Part shown: in pieces, positions 18,132 through 29,630 of the stretch
Layout: every line of letters begins with the position of its first letter
How positions within the stretch are numbered: position 1 is the first letter of the stretch
Assembly (NCBI GenBank): GCA_963695875.1
Contig: CAVOID010000008.1
Span: 32,001 to 96,000, forward strand
DNA: 64,000 bases
Direction of reading: 5' to 3'
Source of the DNA: an uncultured delta proteobacterium
Lineage (GTDB): Bacteria; Desulfobacterota; Syntrophia; Syntrophales; UBA2185
Made by a program: the position numbers and the translations under genes
The notes under the pieces: generated by a model
Told to the model about the DNA's origin: nothing
Seen by the model: only the letters and a program-made list of their open reading frames with translations
Database searches by the model: none

Positions 18132-19595
18132 ATGGCATTTGAACTCAAACAGAACCTGAAATTGACTCAACAATTGGTTATGACACCTCAGTTGCAGCAG
18201 GCAATAAAGCTTTTGCAACTCTCGAGACTGGAAATGACCGAACTGATCAGCCAGGAAATGGAAGAAAATCCATTACTCGAAGAGGTAGTATCAGAAGAAT
18301 ACCCGGAAAATGAAGCTATTCCGGAAAGCGATGCCGTAGAAATAGCTGATCGGGAAGAAATAAAAACGATTGAGCGCACGGAAGAGATTACAGGAGAGGG
18401 CGATGGCAAGGAGGAGTTTGACTGGAATAGTTATCTTGAGGATTATGGACCCACTGGAGTGAGGTATGATCGGAAGGATGATGAAGCGCCTTCGTGGGAT
18501 AATATGTTGATGGCAAAACCGTCTTTGACGGATCATCTTATGTGGCAGCTTAAACTATCCCGTTTTACGGACTCTGAAATGAAAATTGGGGAACAGGTAA
18601 TTGGAAACCTTGATAGTAATGGATATCTGGTAGCGTCCACTGAGGAAATCGCAGCCCAAGAGGGGGTTGATGAAGGGTTTGTTGAAGGTGTTTTGAAGAA
18701 AATTCAGGAGTTTGACCCCCCGGGCATTGCAGCGAGGGACATTAAGGAATGTCTTCTAATTCAAGCCAAAATTCTCGGTGTGTCAACACCCCTTGTAGAG
18801 ATGCTTATAAAAGAACACCTGAAAGACCTTGAAACAAAAAACTATACTAACATATCAAGAAAGTTAAAGGTTCCACTGGCTGAAATACTACAAGCTGTCG
18901 TTGTAATAAGCAGCATGGATCCTAAGCCAGGGAGTGTCTATAACGAAGAAAGGATAGATACTATTACTCCGGATGTATATGTTTTCAAGGCAGGTGATGA
19001 ATATAAAATTGTTCTGAATGATGATGGGTTGCCGAAGCTGAGAATCAGCAATTTTTACAAAGAGATTATGGGTGATGTAGGCATGTACCCAGATGCAGAA
19101 AATAGCAAAAAATATATCAGGGAAAGGATGCAATCAGCAACGTGGTTGATAAAGAGTATTCAGCAAAGGCAAAGAACAATATACAAAGTAACGGAAAGTA
19201 TCGTAAAATTACAAAGAGACTTTTTTGATAAAGGAATAAATTGTTTAAGACCACTGGTACTCAGAGATATTGCAGATGATGTGGAAATGCATGAGTCAAC
19301 GATAAGCCGAGTAGTGACAAACAAGTATATGCATACGCCCAGGGGTATATTCGAACTGAAGTATTTCTTCAGCAGCAGAATACAGAAAACAAGCGGCGAA
19401 GCTGTTGCATCGAAGAGTGTCAAAGAAGAAATAAAAAAGATCGTAAGCGGTGAAGACCCGAAGAAGCCATACAGTGACAGTGACATCGTTGATCTTCTCA
19501 AAAAGTCGGGCATATCTATTGCGAGGAGGACCGTTGCAAAATACAGAGAAATGATGGGCGTTCTGCCATCTTCCAAGAGGAAAAAGTATTTTTAA
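18132..19595 (+). CDS. rpoN: RNA polymerase sigma-54 factor
   Basis: MTPQLQQAIKLLQL, HESTISR, RpoN box ARRTVAKYRE. Confidence 0.97.
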   Translation: MAFELKQNLKLTQQLVMTPQLQQAIKLLQLSRLEMTELISQEMEENPLLEEVVSEEYPENEAIPESDAVEIADREEIKTIERTEEITGEGDGKEEFDWNSYLEDYGPTGVRYDRKDDEAPSWDNMLMAKPSLTDHLMWQLKLSRFTDSEMKIGEQVIGNLDSNGYLVASTEEIAAQEGVDEGFVEGVLKKIQEFDPPGIAARDIKECLLIQAKILGVSTPLVEMLIKEHLKDLETKNYTNISRKLKVPLAEILQAVVVISSMDPKPGSVYNEERIDTITPDVYVFKAGDEYKIVLNDDGLPKLRISNFYKEIMGDVGMYPDAENSKKYIRERMQSATWLIKSIQQRQRTIYKVTESIVKLQRDFFDKGINCLRPLVLRDIADDVEMHESTISRVVTNKYMHTPRGIFELKYFFSSRIQKTSGEAVASKSVKEEIKKIVSGEDPKKPYSDSDIVDLLKKSGISIARRTVAKYREMMGVLPSSKRKKYF

Positions 19596-19750
19596 CGGCA
19601 TTGTTTAAAGTCTCCTCATTTTCGCGGGGACAGGCTCCAGCTTATTTTGCTCTTTTTGCTTCCGGTGCAAGCTCAGGGCAAGTTATGCAAGGTACATGTA
19701 TGGACATCCCACAAAAGTTCCTTTGCAGATTGTTTTTTAGGGTAATGTGA
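19593..19750 (+). repeat. Degenerate copy of the dispersed element directly after rpoN
   Basis: TAACGGCATTGTTTAAAGTCTCCTCATTTTCGCGGGGACAGGCTCCAG matches the start and hairpin of the copies at 17172 and 49020; 3' boundary uncertain. Confidence 0.55.
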
Positions 19751-19979
19751 TATGATATTTCTTTTTTGTTTCCCGCCGGATCCAGGCAATATGCGCCTTG
19801 TAACTTACGCTGTTTATCCACCATTTTTTTCATTCGATTTCAGAATTTTTTACTAGGTATTATTTTCGAGCAAAAAAAAACTGGTTGACCTCAGGCAATT
19901 TTGGGATTAGGATGCCCGCCCTCATAATGACAGGGTTAAAAACTAGGCAGAATGAAACGAAACTTAGGAGGAAGTAGTT

Positions 19980-20516
19980 ATGAAGATTTCTGTAACTTTC
20001 AGAAATAAAGAGGGGGAAAATTGGCATAAGGAATATATTGATCAGAGGTTAAAAAAACTTGAGAAATATTTGGATACTCCTGTTGAGGCGCGTGTAGTTC
20101 TTTCCGTTGAGAAATTCAGAAATGTAGCAGAAGTAAATTTAATGACGAATGGGCAGAATATAAATGCAAAAGAAGAAGCCAAAGATATGTATCTTGCTAT
20201 CGATAATGCAATTGAAAAGATCGAACGTCAACTCAAGAAGCGCAAAGAAAGAATAAGAGGTCATAAAACCAATTCCGCGCGGGGAGAAGAAATAGCCACT
20301 GCAGAGCAATATTCAGATGAAGATGAAGTGCAGGAAACAAGAATAGTCGAAGTGAGAAAGGTTATATTGAAACCTATGTCTCTTGACGATGCCATTATGG
20401 AGATAGATTCATCAAGAAATCGTTTTGTTGTTTACAGAGATTCTTCGACGGAAAATGTCAGCATTATATATGTTCGTGATGATGGAAAGTACGCTCTAAT
20501 AGAGACAAGTAGCTGA
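19980..20516 (+). CDS. hpf: Ribosome hibernation promoting factor (long HPF)
   Basis: ISVTFRN, DMYLAIDNAIEKIERQLKK, C-terminal KPMSLDDAIME...YVRDDGKYALIE. Confidence 0.93.
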   Translation: MKISVTFRNKEGENWHKEYIDQRLKKLEKYLDTPVEARVVLSVEKFRNVAEVNLMTNGQNINAKEEAKDMYLAIDNAIEKIERQLKKRKERIRGHKTNSARGEEIATAEQYSDEDEVQETRIVEVRKVILKPMSLDDAIMEIDSSRNRFVVYRDSSTENVSIIYVRDDGKYALIETSS

Positions 20517-20532
20517 GATTTGGGGACAGATC

Positions 20533-20994
20533 ATGAAAGTCACAGATATTTTCAGGAAGGAACATATAGTTGAAGGACTGAAATCAAAAAGCAAAAGGGA
20601 AGTTCTTGCTGAATTGTCAGGTGTGTTCCTTCAGGGTGATGTTAAATATAGTCATGAAGACATGGTAAACACTTTGCTCGAAAGAGAAAAGTTGGGAAGC
20701 ACCGGAATAGGTGACGGTGTTGCTATACCTCATGGCAAGTTAGCCAATCTGGAAGAGTTGATCGTCTCATTCGGTAGAAGCAAGGAAGGGGTTGAGTTTG
20801 ATGCCATGGACGGCAAGCCGGCCCACATTTTCTTTTTATTGATGGCACCGGAAGATACAACTGGTAAACACTTGAAAGCACTTGCTAAGATATCTAAAAT
20901 GTTGAAGGACAGCACCTTCAGAAAAAAGCTTTTGGAAGCGAAATCAAAGGATGAGTTATATATGATAATTGCAGACAAGGATGATTCATGCTGA
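20533..20994 (+). CDS. ptsN: PTS IIA(Ntr)-like protein
   Basis: EREKLGSTGIGDGVAIPHGK; synteny after rpoN-hpf. Confidence 0.92.
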   Translation: MKVTDIFRKEHIVEGLKSKSKREVLAELSGVFLQGDVKYSHEDMVNTLLEREKLGSTGIGDGVAIPHGKLANLEELIVSFGRSKEGVEFDAMDGKPAHIFFLLMAPEDTTGKHLKALAKISKMLKDSTFRKKLLEAKSKDELYMIIADKDDSC

Positions 20995-21114
20995 GATTTC
21001 TTTCAAGGGTCTCTTTGTATAATTATTTGAAATAGAGAACCTGCTTCGACTAGTCCGACGGATTTATTCCCTTAAGCGGGATATTTTTCAAAGGCCTCAG
21101 GGTATATTACTTCC

Positions 21115-21993
21115 ATGACTACATTGAAGCTAAAAGATATACTTGAAGGTGCGGAGGATAAATTAGGATTTGAACAAATGACCGGTAAAGCCGGTCTGAT
21201 GAGGAGGATAGATCATATTGGTGTAAAGCGATATGATGAGGAGAAAAGATTCTGGGACCGATTGAGCCCCGATGTTATTCTTATAATCTCACCATTATGT
21301 CTTTCTGAACTCGCAATGATATCATCAGAATCGCGCGAAGAGGTTTTTCAAACTATCATTTCATGCCGCATTCCCTGCGTAGCACTTTCAAAAACAGACT
21401 CACCACCCGATTTTATGCTCTCTTTTTCAGAATCGCACGGTATTCCTCTGTTTACGTCTATGTACGATGAGTTTCTTTTAGAAAGTCGTCTGCTGGGTCT
21501 TTTGCGTGAAAAGATTGATAAGGTAATTTCGATTCACGGCGCGCTTGTAAATGTTTTTGGTATTGGCGTAATAATTGCGGGAGACAGTGGCACAGGTAAG
21601 ACTGAATGTGCACGTGATTTAGCGGAAAGAGGACATGCATGGATAGCAGATGATGTTATAGAGATCGAGAAAAGGGGAAATATATTATATGGTCATAGTC
21701 ATGACCTGATAAGATATCTGATCCATATTAAACCTGAAGGTATTATTGATGCAAAGAAATTTTTCATTGCTTCAGCTGTTCTTGATGAAACAGTCATAGA
21801 CCTCCTAGTCGAATTAGCAACGGTAAACAATATCCAGAGGCAAGAAGGTGCTTATCCAGCAGAAAAGTTGCAGGATATTATGGGTATAAAGCTGTCATAC
21901 GTCCAACTGCCCTGTTTTCCTCATACCGAGAATATGTACAAGTGTATTGAACAAGCGGTTCAAAGATTGTTAAACGAAAGAAGCATTGCATGA
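21115..21993 (+). CDS. hprK: HPr kinase/phosphorylase-like protein (divergent)
   Basis: [15 protein letters not shown], Walker [21 protein letters not shown]; signature EIRGxGI altered to HIKPEGI. Confidence 0.75.
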   Translation: MTTLKLKDILEGAEDKLGFEQMTGKAGLMRRIDHIGVKRYDEEKRFWDRLSPDVILIISPLCLSELAMISSESREEVFQTIISCRIPCVALSKTDSPPDFMLSFSESHGIPLFTSMYDEFLLESRLLGLLREKIDKVISIHGALVNVFGIGVIIAGDSGTGKTECARDLAERGHAWIADDVIEIEKRGNILYGHSHDLIRYLIHIKPEGIIDAKKFFIASAVLDETVIDLLVELATVNNIQRQEGAYPAEKLQDIMGIKLSYVQLPCFPHTENMYKCIEQAVQRLLNERSIA

Positions 21994-22856
21994 AAAACTT
22001 ACGTGTTGTGATCATTACGGGACTTTCCGGATCGGGCAAAAGTACAGCGCTCCGGGCATTGGAGGACATTGGCTTTTTTTGTGTGGATAATCTGCCCGTT
22101 GTCCTGCTGCCCAGATTTCTTAAGATTCAGTCTGATGATTCGAAGGGAATTACAAAGGTCGCTATGGTTATGGATTTGAGGGAGAAAAGTTTTCTTGAAA
22201 AATATACAAGGATTTTCCCCAAGTTGAAAAACATGGGGTACAAGATAGAGATACTTTTCCTTGATTCAGGTGATGATGCTCTCTTGCATCGTTTCAGTGA
22301 AACGAGAAGAGTGCATCCCATATCGGTCAAGGGTTCGGTCATGGAAGGTATAAATCTCGAGAGGGAGAAATTGGCCCCCTTGAAACAGATGGCGGATAGG
22401 GTTATTGATACTACTTCATACAATGTACATCAGTTAAAAGATGTGGTGCAAAGGCATTTTATTTCTTCATATGTTAGTCAAAGAATGATCATTCATGTGG
22501 CATCATTCGGATATCGTTATGGCATACCTGCTGATGCGGACATTGTACTTGATGTCAGGTTCCTTCCCAATCCATATTTTGTTGAGGAACTGAAGTACTA
22601 TGACGGACATCATCCAGGTGTCCGGGATTATGTGCTTGAATCTGACGAGAGCAAACTATTTATTCAAAAGCTGTTTCAATTGATGGCATTTCTCATCCCC
22701 CTTTATGAAAAGGAGGGAAAGGCGAGACTCAATATAGCCCTTGGATGCACAGGCGGGAGGCATCGATCAGTCGTCTTGGCAAATCAACTGGGGGCTTATT
22801 TTTCGGATAAAAATTATGTAGTGACAATAAATCACAGGGACATAAATAAAAGCTAA
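21990..22856 (+). CDS. rapZ: RNase adapter / P-loop protein RapZ (YvcJ)
   Basis: [47 protein letters not shown]. Confidence 0.94.
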   Translation: MKNLRVVIITGLSGSGKSTALRALEDIGFFCVDNLPVVLLPRFLKIQSDDSKGITKVAMVMDLREKSFLEKYTRIFPKLKNMGYKIEILFLDSGDDALLHRFSETRRVHPISVKGSVMEGINLEREKLAPLKQMADRVIDTTSYNVHQLKDVVQRHFISSYVSQRMIIHVASFGYRYGIPADADIVLDVRFLPNPYFVEELKYYDGHHPGVRDYVLESDESKLFIQKLFQLMAFLIPLYEKEGKARLNIALGCTGGRHRSVVLANQLGAYFSDKNYVVTINHRDINKS

Positions 22857-24181
22857 AAAGAAACCGCCATTTTCCTGCTTACATTATCGGCAATCCAATG
22901 GGGGTCCCACCATTCCTGTGGATTTACAAACTGCCCGCCGACGACCATTCCAAAATGGAGATGATCACCACCCGCAAGGCCTGATGTACCGGTATGGCCC
23001 ATTACATCGCCTTTTTTCACTTCCTGACCATTCTTTACATCGATCGAATTTAGATGGCCATAAAGAGTAAAAAGTCCAAAACCATGATCCACGACAATAA
23101 TATTACCATAGATGCCAAGATATCCGGTGTAAGCAATAATACCATTATTGGCAGCTTCAACGGGGGCATTTGCCGTCGAGGCAAGGTCTACACCCATGTG
23201 AATGCTGTTACCTACCGATTTACCCTGATATTGATAAGTTCTTTTATCACCGAATAAGGCCATAGGAGCGGCATTTTTCATTCTCAGGAATGTGCCGTCC
23301 CATAATTGCCGAGACTGTGACTTCCGACAAATATCCAGGACGGCATTATCATTATCTTCCCTCATCTTTCCGTTGACATATATAAATGTTTCAAGTGATG
23401 TTTTGCCCTGAAGAGATTGATTTTGACTCTGAAATTCAGGCATTTTCTGCTGCAAAAAGCTCTCGCTCAAAACCATCTTATCGCTGCGAAACTTTTTACT
23501 TCTGATAAGACAGGAAAGTGCAACAGATGATTCATTTCCTGCCAGATCTTGTGCAGTGACTTTAATATTAGTTCCGCTTCGCCTTACGTCAATGGGAAGG
23601 GCAAAGTAACTTATAATACATGGTTTGTCAGAAATAGTCGCAGGGTATCCCTGAGAAAAGTGATTTTCGATCTTGACACCGCTGGTTATAACTGGCTTCG
23701 ATGTCTTGTAAACAATGACACATGCACCGCCGGGATTTATATTGTTGGTCGTCGTAAATAAAAATATATTTGGGGGTGTCATGTCGATGTTGACCTGTCT
23801 GATTAAAGTGCTCTGGTTCTTCCAGAGTGAATTATCAGTTGCTGATGCATTCAGCGCAGCTGGCCCGTCGTGAAGTTTCATGGTTATGGGATCAACGGTG
23901 ATATTAACAGTGTTTTCTTTTGTTATCGAGTCGGTATAATTGACAGATGAAAGGACTTGCGTCTTATCATCCTGGGTAATTGTTATGCTTGAATTGCGAA
24001 GACCGCTTTTCGTGTCTATGAAAGTGATATTAATCACCTTATTACGTCCTATCGCACTTATATCCTGATCGATTTTGACGGTTGGCTTTTCCAATTCTCC
24101 GTAAAAATTAAAAAACCACAAGCCAAGACCAGTAAGTAATATAACGAATGCAGCTATCATGAATGGTTTGTATGTTTTCAT
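22853..24181 (-). CDS. M23 family metallopeptidase, membrane-anchored
   Basis: N-terminal TM; HMGVDLA, YGHL, HLHF motifs. Confidence 0.9.
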   Translation of the reverse strand: MKTYKPFMIAAFVILLTGLGLWFFNFYGELEKPTVKIDQDISAIGRNKVINITFIDTKSGLRNSSITITQDDKTQVLSSVNYTDSITKENTVNITVDPITMKLHDGPAALNASATDNSLWKNQSTLIRQVNIDMTPPNIFLFTTTNNINPGGACVIVYKTSKPVITSGVKIENHFSQGYPATISDKPCIISYFALPIDVRRSGTNIKVTAQDLAGNESSVALSCLIRSKKFRSDKMVLSESFLQQKMPEFQSQNQSLQGKTSLETFIYVNGKMREDNDNAVLDICRKSQSRQLWDGTFLRMKNAAPMALFGDKRTYQYQGKSVGNSIHMGVDLASTANAPVEAANNGIIAYTGYLGIYGNIIVVDHGFGLFTLYGHLNSIDVKNGQEVKKGDVMGHTGTSGLAGGDHLHFGMVVGGQFVNPQEWWDPHWIADNVSRKMAVSF

Positions 24182-24382
24182 AAAAAAACCCCTTATAGAT
24201 TTAAAAAGGACACCGGTCGGACTTATAATGATTTTTAGGGCACTTTGCAAGTTTAAAAACAAATATATTCATGGGAGTGGCCGTATTACTCCTTGAACTT
24301 GTCTCTGAGAATTGCTATAAACAAAATAATATTGATAAACTGATTTTGTGTGAGATCCATGGTTTACATAAGGAATTAAATC

Positions 24383-25583
24383 ATGTTGAAAGATAAGAAA
24401 ATTGTGCTTGGCATAACGGGCGGTATAGCTGCTTATAAAGCTGCTGAGTTGACAAGGGAATTTGTAAAAGGGGAGGCTTTTGTCAGGGTAATCATGACAA
24501 AGAATGCGACCGAGTTCATAACCCCTCTGACTCTGCAATCTTTGTCTGGACATCCGGTCTTTACGGATATGTTTGCTCCTTTAAAAGAATTTGATATGGC
24601 ACATATCTCTCTCGCGGAGTATGCAGATATCGTCGTAATTGCGCCGGCTACAGCAAATATAATCGGGAAGATAGCTTCAGGTGTGGCAGATGATCTTTTA
24701 GCGACGATGGTTATGGTTACAAAGGCCCCGGTGCTCATCTGCCCAGCTATGAATGTGAACATGTATGATAATATCATCGTGAAAGAAAATATCAGCAGGC
24801 TTTCTGCACGTGGTTATCTGTTCATGGAACCCGGGTATGGTGAGCTTGCCTGCAAAGCCGAGGGTTACGGAAGGCTTCCTGAGATACCTGATATTGTTGA
24901 AGAGGTAGAAACTATTCTGACTCCCAAGGATCTGATGGGGGAGAAGATTCTCGTAACGGCCGGCCCCACCCGGGAACCTTTAGATCCGGTAAGATATATC
25001 ACCAATTATTCCTCGGGGAAAATGGGATATGCATTGGCAATTGCCGGAAAGCGGAGGGGTGCAAGTGTTACTCTCATCAGCGGCCCATCCTCATTACCGG
25101 CTCCTCGTGGTATAAACTTCGTTCCGGTGTCTAGCGCTGTGGAAATGAGAGATGCCGTTATGGAGAATTTAAATACATCAACTGTTATCATCAAAGCCGC
25201 TGCTGTGGCCGACTACCGGCCATCAGTCCGTTCTGAATTCCAAGATAAAAAAACAGGACGGTGAGCTTGTCATACGTCTTGAACGGAATCCGGACATTAT
25301 TGCAGAGGTAAGTAAAAAGAAGGGGAATCGTATTCTTGTCGGTTTTGCTGTGGAGACGGAAAACCTTCTTGAAAACGCCAGAACCAAGCTGGTGGAAAAA
25401 AATATGGATATTATTGTAGCCAATGACGTAACAAAAGAAGGTGCGGGATTTGGCTACGATACAAATATTATTAAAATACTGACTGCTGACAATCAGATTG
25501 AAGAGCTGCCTCTGATGAGTAAAATGGAGGTGGCTGATAGGATACTGGACAGGATCAGAGAAAAAATCATCATGAGCCGGTAA
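24383..25583 (+). CDS. coaBC: Phosphopantothenoylcysteine decarboxylase/ligase (frameshift near 25240)
   Basis: GITGGIAAYK, PAMN, LAC...G.GRL, TAGPTRE, NYSSGKMG, AAVADY; then NPDI, GFAVET, IVANDV. Confidence 0.93.
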
Positions 25584-25629
25584 CCTCTGATCCTGAAAGT
25601 TTGATCCATTAATATAAAAAAATTTGATT

Positions 25630-26381
25630 ATGGAAAGTTTAAAAGCGGATCTGAGGGCTGAACTCCGTGCATTGGCACGATCTCTAAAAGTGCAAATCCG
25701 GTCGGACATTGATTTGGGGAGATTTCCATCATATATATGCATGAAGGGAGAGATTCCACATGAATGATAGTCCGGATGTTTGTCCATCACCTGTTGATAA
25801 TCGGACACTACCTCGGAAAGCATTATCTCTGGAGGAAGTGAGAAAAGAACTTGGTGATTGTCAGAGGTGCTCCCTGGGGCGGGTTAGAACCAACCTCGTT
25901 TTTGGTGAGGGGAACCCCAAAGCAGAGATCGTATTTGTAGGTGAAGCGCCGGGAAGAGATGAAGATGTCCAGGGGAGACCATTTGTCGGACGTGCCGGTC
26001 AGCTTCTGACCAGGATCATCGATAGCGATGGGATTAAAAAGGGAGGATGTATATATATGTAATATTCTGAAGTGTCGCCCTCCCGGAAATCGGAACCCCA
26101 GACCTGAGGAAATTATTACTTGTGAGCCTTTTCTGGTTAAGCAGCTTCAGGCAATTAATCCGAAGGTAATATGTGCCCTAGGTACGTTTGCAGCGCATAC
26201 TCTGCTTAAAACGGATGTTCCCATAACTGTTCTACGAGGAAAATTTCATACCTATCATGGGATACAATTGATGCCGACGTATCATCCGGCCTTTCTTCTG
26301 CGGAATCCGGCGGCAAAAAAGCAAGTGTGGGAAGACGTGCAGAAGATAATGAAAGTGTTGTCACCGCAAGCATCACATTGA
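25630..26381 (+). CDS. Uracil-DNA glycosylase family 4 (frameshifts near 25760 and 26020)
   Basis: [44 protein letters not shown]. Confidence 0.92.
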
Positions 26382-26410
26382 TTTCTTAAACAGTATTAAG
26401 GGGCCAAAGC

Positions 26411-27735
26411 ATGGTAAAAAATAAAATCAATATACCAATCCTGATTTTCGCACTGATACTATTCATGCTGCTATCAGGTCAAACATGTGCTGAAGAGAAT
26501 AAGCCAGTCTTTGATGTAATTACTGTAAGCGCGACCATTACCCCCCCGATTGCTGAATATATTCTTCAAAATATAGATGCATCGGCAAAAGCCGGTTCCG
26601 ACGGCCTGATCATCCTCCTCGATACGCCGGGAGGGTTGGACCTGGCCATGAGGGATATTGCAAAGGGTATCTTGAATTCTTCTATGCCTGTTGTGGTGTA
26701 CGTATATCCTTCCGGTGCACGGGCCGCTTCAGCAGGAGTTATAATAACGATCGCTGCACATATTGCCGCCATGACTCCCGGTACGAATATCGGCGCCGCC
26801 CATCCGGTAGGACTGGGCATAGGCGGTACGGACAAAACCATGATGAAAAAGGTGGAAAATGATGCGGTTGCCTATGTCCGGGGTATTGCCGTAAAGAGGG
26901 GACGAAATGCAGACTGGGTGGAAAAATCTGTCAGACAGAGTGAGTCTATTACTGCTGAAGATGCCCTCAAACTTAAGGTAATTGATTTTGTTGCGCCCAG
27001 ATCTGAATAACTTTGCTGGAACAGATTGACGGTAAAGAAGTATCTCTGTTATCCGGGAAGAAGAGTAGTTAAGAACAAAAGACGCCATCATCAATGAGAA
27101 AAAAATGGGGACACGGCAGAGGATACTCGCAGCTATCAGCGATCCCAATATCGCATATATTTTGTTTCTTGTCGGGCTTGCCGGTCTCTATTTTGAGCTT
27201 GCACATCCCGGCGTCATTCTTCCCGGGATTATCGGCGGTATTTCCCTGATCCTGGCCTTTTTTGCTCTTACAGACCTTGCCGGTAAATTATGCAGGGGTT
27301 CTTCTCATCCTTTTTGGTGTTATTCTTTTTATTGCAGAAATAAAGGTTATCAGCCACGGGTTATTAACGGTGGGTGGGATTATTTCTCTGATATTGGGGT
27401 CACTGTTGCTCTTTGATTCCCCTGATCCTGCCCTCAGGGTATCGTGGAGTGTCATGATCCCTACATTGACTATTATCTGTTTGTTTTTTGCCGGTATCAT
27501 TGCCCTTGTCCTGAAGGCCCAGATGAGAAAACGACGTACGGGAAAGGAAGGCATGGTGGGTGAGGAAGGAAAAGCGGTTACGGATGTTTATGAAACGGGA
27601 AAGGTCTTCATAAAGGGAGAGTACTGGAATGCGTCAAGTGACAAACCTGTGGAAAAGGGCAGGAGGGTGAGGATTGTAAAAGTTGAAGGTCTAATAATCA
27701 AAGTTGAAGAAATAGAAGATAAACAGGGAGGGTGA
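26411..27735 (+). CDS. nfeD: NfeD-family membrane-bound serine protease (split into 3 ORFs)
   Basis: LDTPGGL, AASAG, NIGAAHP, KVENDA; DPNIAY..E...PG; C-terminal OB domain GEYWNA. Confidence 0.9.
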
Positions 27736-27737
27736 AT

Positions 27738-28518
27738 ATGTTTTCTATTCCATTGATTGTATTAGTAGTCCTGGTAGTTATGTTTTTGGCAGTCAGCCAT
27801 CAGAATACTCAATGAGTATGAAAGAGGCGTGATTTTTCGTCTGGGGAGAGTTATCAACATGAAAGGCCCCGGTCTTATCATCCTGATACCTGTTGTGGAC
27901 AGGATGGTCAAGGTGGATATGCGGACCATTACCATGGATGTTCCACCTCAGGACGTTATTACGCGGGACAATGTATCAATTAAGGTAAATGCTGTCGTCT
28001 ATTTCCGGGTCATGGATGCAAACTCGGCCGTTATCGAGGTGGAGAACTATCTCTATGCCACCTCCCAGCTTGCCCAGACAACCTTACGGAGTGTCTGCGG
28101 CCAGTTTGAACTGGATGAGATTTTGTCAGAAAGGGAAAAGATCAATTTAACTCTGCAGGAAATATTGGATCGCAGCACCGATCCGTGGGGAATCAAGGTC
28201 ACACTCGTTGAAGTCAAGCATATAGACCTGCCGGAGGAGATGAAACGGGCTATCGCCAAACAGGCCGAAGCGGAGAGAGAACGTCGGGCAAAGGTCATCA
28301 ATGCCGAGGGTGAGTTCCAGGCCGCTCAGAAGCTGATCGAAGCTGCCGCCCTTATGGAAACGCAGCCGATGTCCCTCCAGCTCAGGTACCTGCAGACCTT
28401 GAATCAGATTGCAGCTGAGAATAATTCGACAACTCTCTTTCCCATTCCTATTGATCTGATAAAACCATTTTTGAGCACTTGCAGAGAAGTCAAAATAATT
28501 TTTCATGGAAAGGGCTGA
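27738..28518 (+). CDS. SPFH/stomatin-like (slipin) protein (frameshift near 27790)
   Basis: [51 protein letters not shown]; follows nfeD. Confidence 0.92.
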
Positions 28519-28524
28519 GTATAC

Positions 28525-28851
28525 ATGGAAGCGAGAGAAAGACGGCATATTTTGACAGGCGGCATGATGCTCATAGCACTTGGCATTCTCATTATCCTGA
28601 GCACTATGGGTATCTACGGGTTTGATAGGAGCTGGCCTATACTACTCATCGTAATTTCCATTGGCACCTTGATGCAGCGTGTCAAGGATATTGGGGGGTG
28701 GTTTATCGGTGCGGCCGGCGTCATTTTCCTGTTGGTAAATAATTGGGGGTATAATCTCCATGTAGTTGCGAGATACCTTTTCCCATTGCTCCTTATCCTT
28801 ATCGGTATCAACGTTTTGATAAAACATTATAGGAAGAGAAAACAGTCATGA
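28525..28851 (+). CDS. Small membrane protein (LiaF/DUF5668-like)
   Basis: Four hydrophobic segments, WPILLI and FPLLLILIG motifs. Confidence 0.7.
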   Translation: MEARERRHILTGGMMLIALGILIILSTMGIYGFDRSWPILLIVISIGTLMQRVKDIGGWFIGAAGVIFLLVNNWGYNLHVVARYLFPLLLILIGINVLIKHYRKRKQS

Positions 28852-29525
28852 ATGCGGTTACAAAAAGTTCCGGGATTTTGGTTCTGTGTGACTTTGACGG
28901 GACCGTATGTACCGTAGACATGGGCAATGAAGTCCTGAATCGCTTTACCGATGAGGGATGGGAGGAGATCGACCGCGCCTATTGCGCGGATGAAATCGGT
29001 TCCCGGGTTGCATACATGCAGGTGGCCTCACTTTTTAGGGGGACCCGATCCCAGATGTTGGAATTTGTCAGCAACAGCGGAAGGATAGACCCTCATTTTC
29101 CTGCGTTTTATCAGTTTTGCAAAGATTCGGGAGTCGATCTTAAGATCGTATCAGATGGCCTTGACTTTTATATCAGTGCAATTTTGAAAAAACATAACCT
29201 TCAGGACATTGAATTCTTTTCCAATATTGTGGTATTTAAGGACAGTAATAGTATTTCAATAAAGTTTCCCCGAATGAACGATCAATGTAGGAAGTGCGGT
29301 ACATGTAAATCCGGTGTACTTAAACAGCACCGATCAGATTATAGCCGCGTCATCTATGTTGGTAATGGCTATTCAGATGTATGTCCCGCAGGAGACGCAG
29401 ATATCGTTTTTGCCAAGGATGTCCTGTATGAGAAGTGCCGGCAGAACGGCACCATTTGTGTGCATTATGAAAATTTCAATGATATCCTTGTTTCATTACG
29501 GCAGACGATTTATTTGAATTGTTGA
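28848..29525 (+). CDS. MtnX-like HAD-IB phosphatase
   Basis: CDFDGT, VSDGLDFYI, CGTCK, GNGYSDVCPA, FAK. Confidence 0.85.
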   Translation: MNAVTKSSGILVLCDFDGTVCTVDMGNEVLNRFTDEGWEEIDRAYCADEIGSRVAYMQVASLFRGTRSQMLEFVSNSGRIDPHFPAFYQFCKDSGVDLKIVSDGLDFYISAILKKHNLQDIEFFSNIVVFKDSNSISIKFPRMNDQCRKCGTCKSGVLKQHRSDYSRVIYVGNGYSDVCPAGDADIVFAKDVLYEKCRQNGTICVHYENFNDILVSLRQTIYLNC

Positions 29526-29630
29526 AAGACCGCTGAGAATAATTCTTGCCTATAACAGAAAGCACGTATTGTAATATCGATGACTGTCATTGCCAGAATC
29601 AGTCCAGTAGTTAAATAATTGAGGAGGCGC

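Noticed and set aside
26411..28518. nfeD-slipin pair as a new system
   Set aside because: Well-known conserved operon
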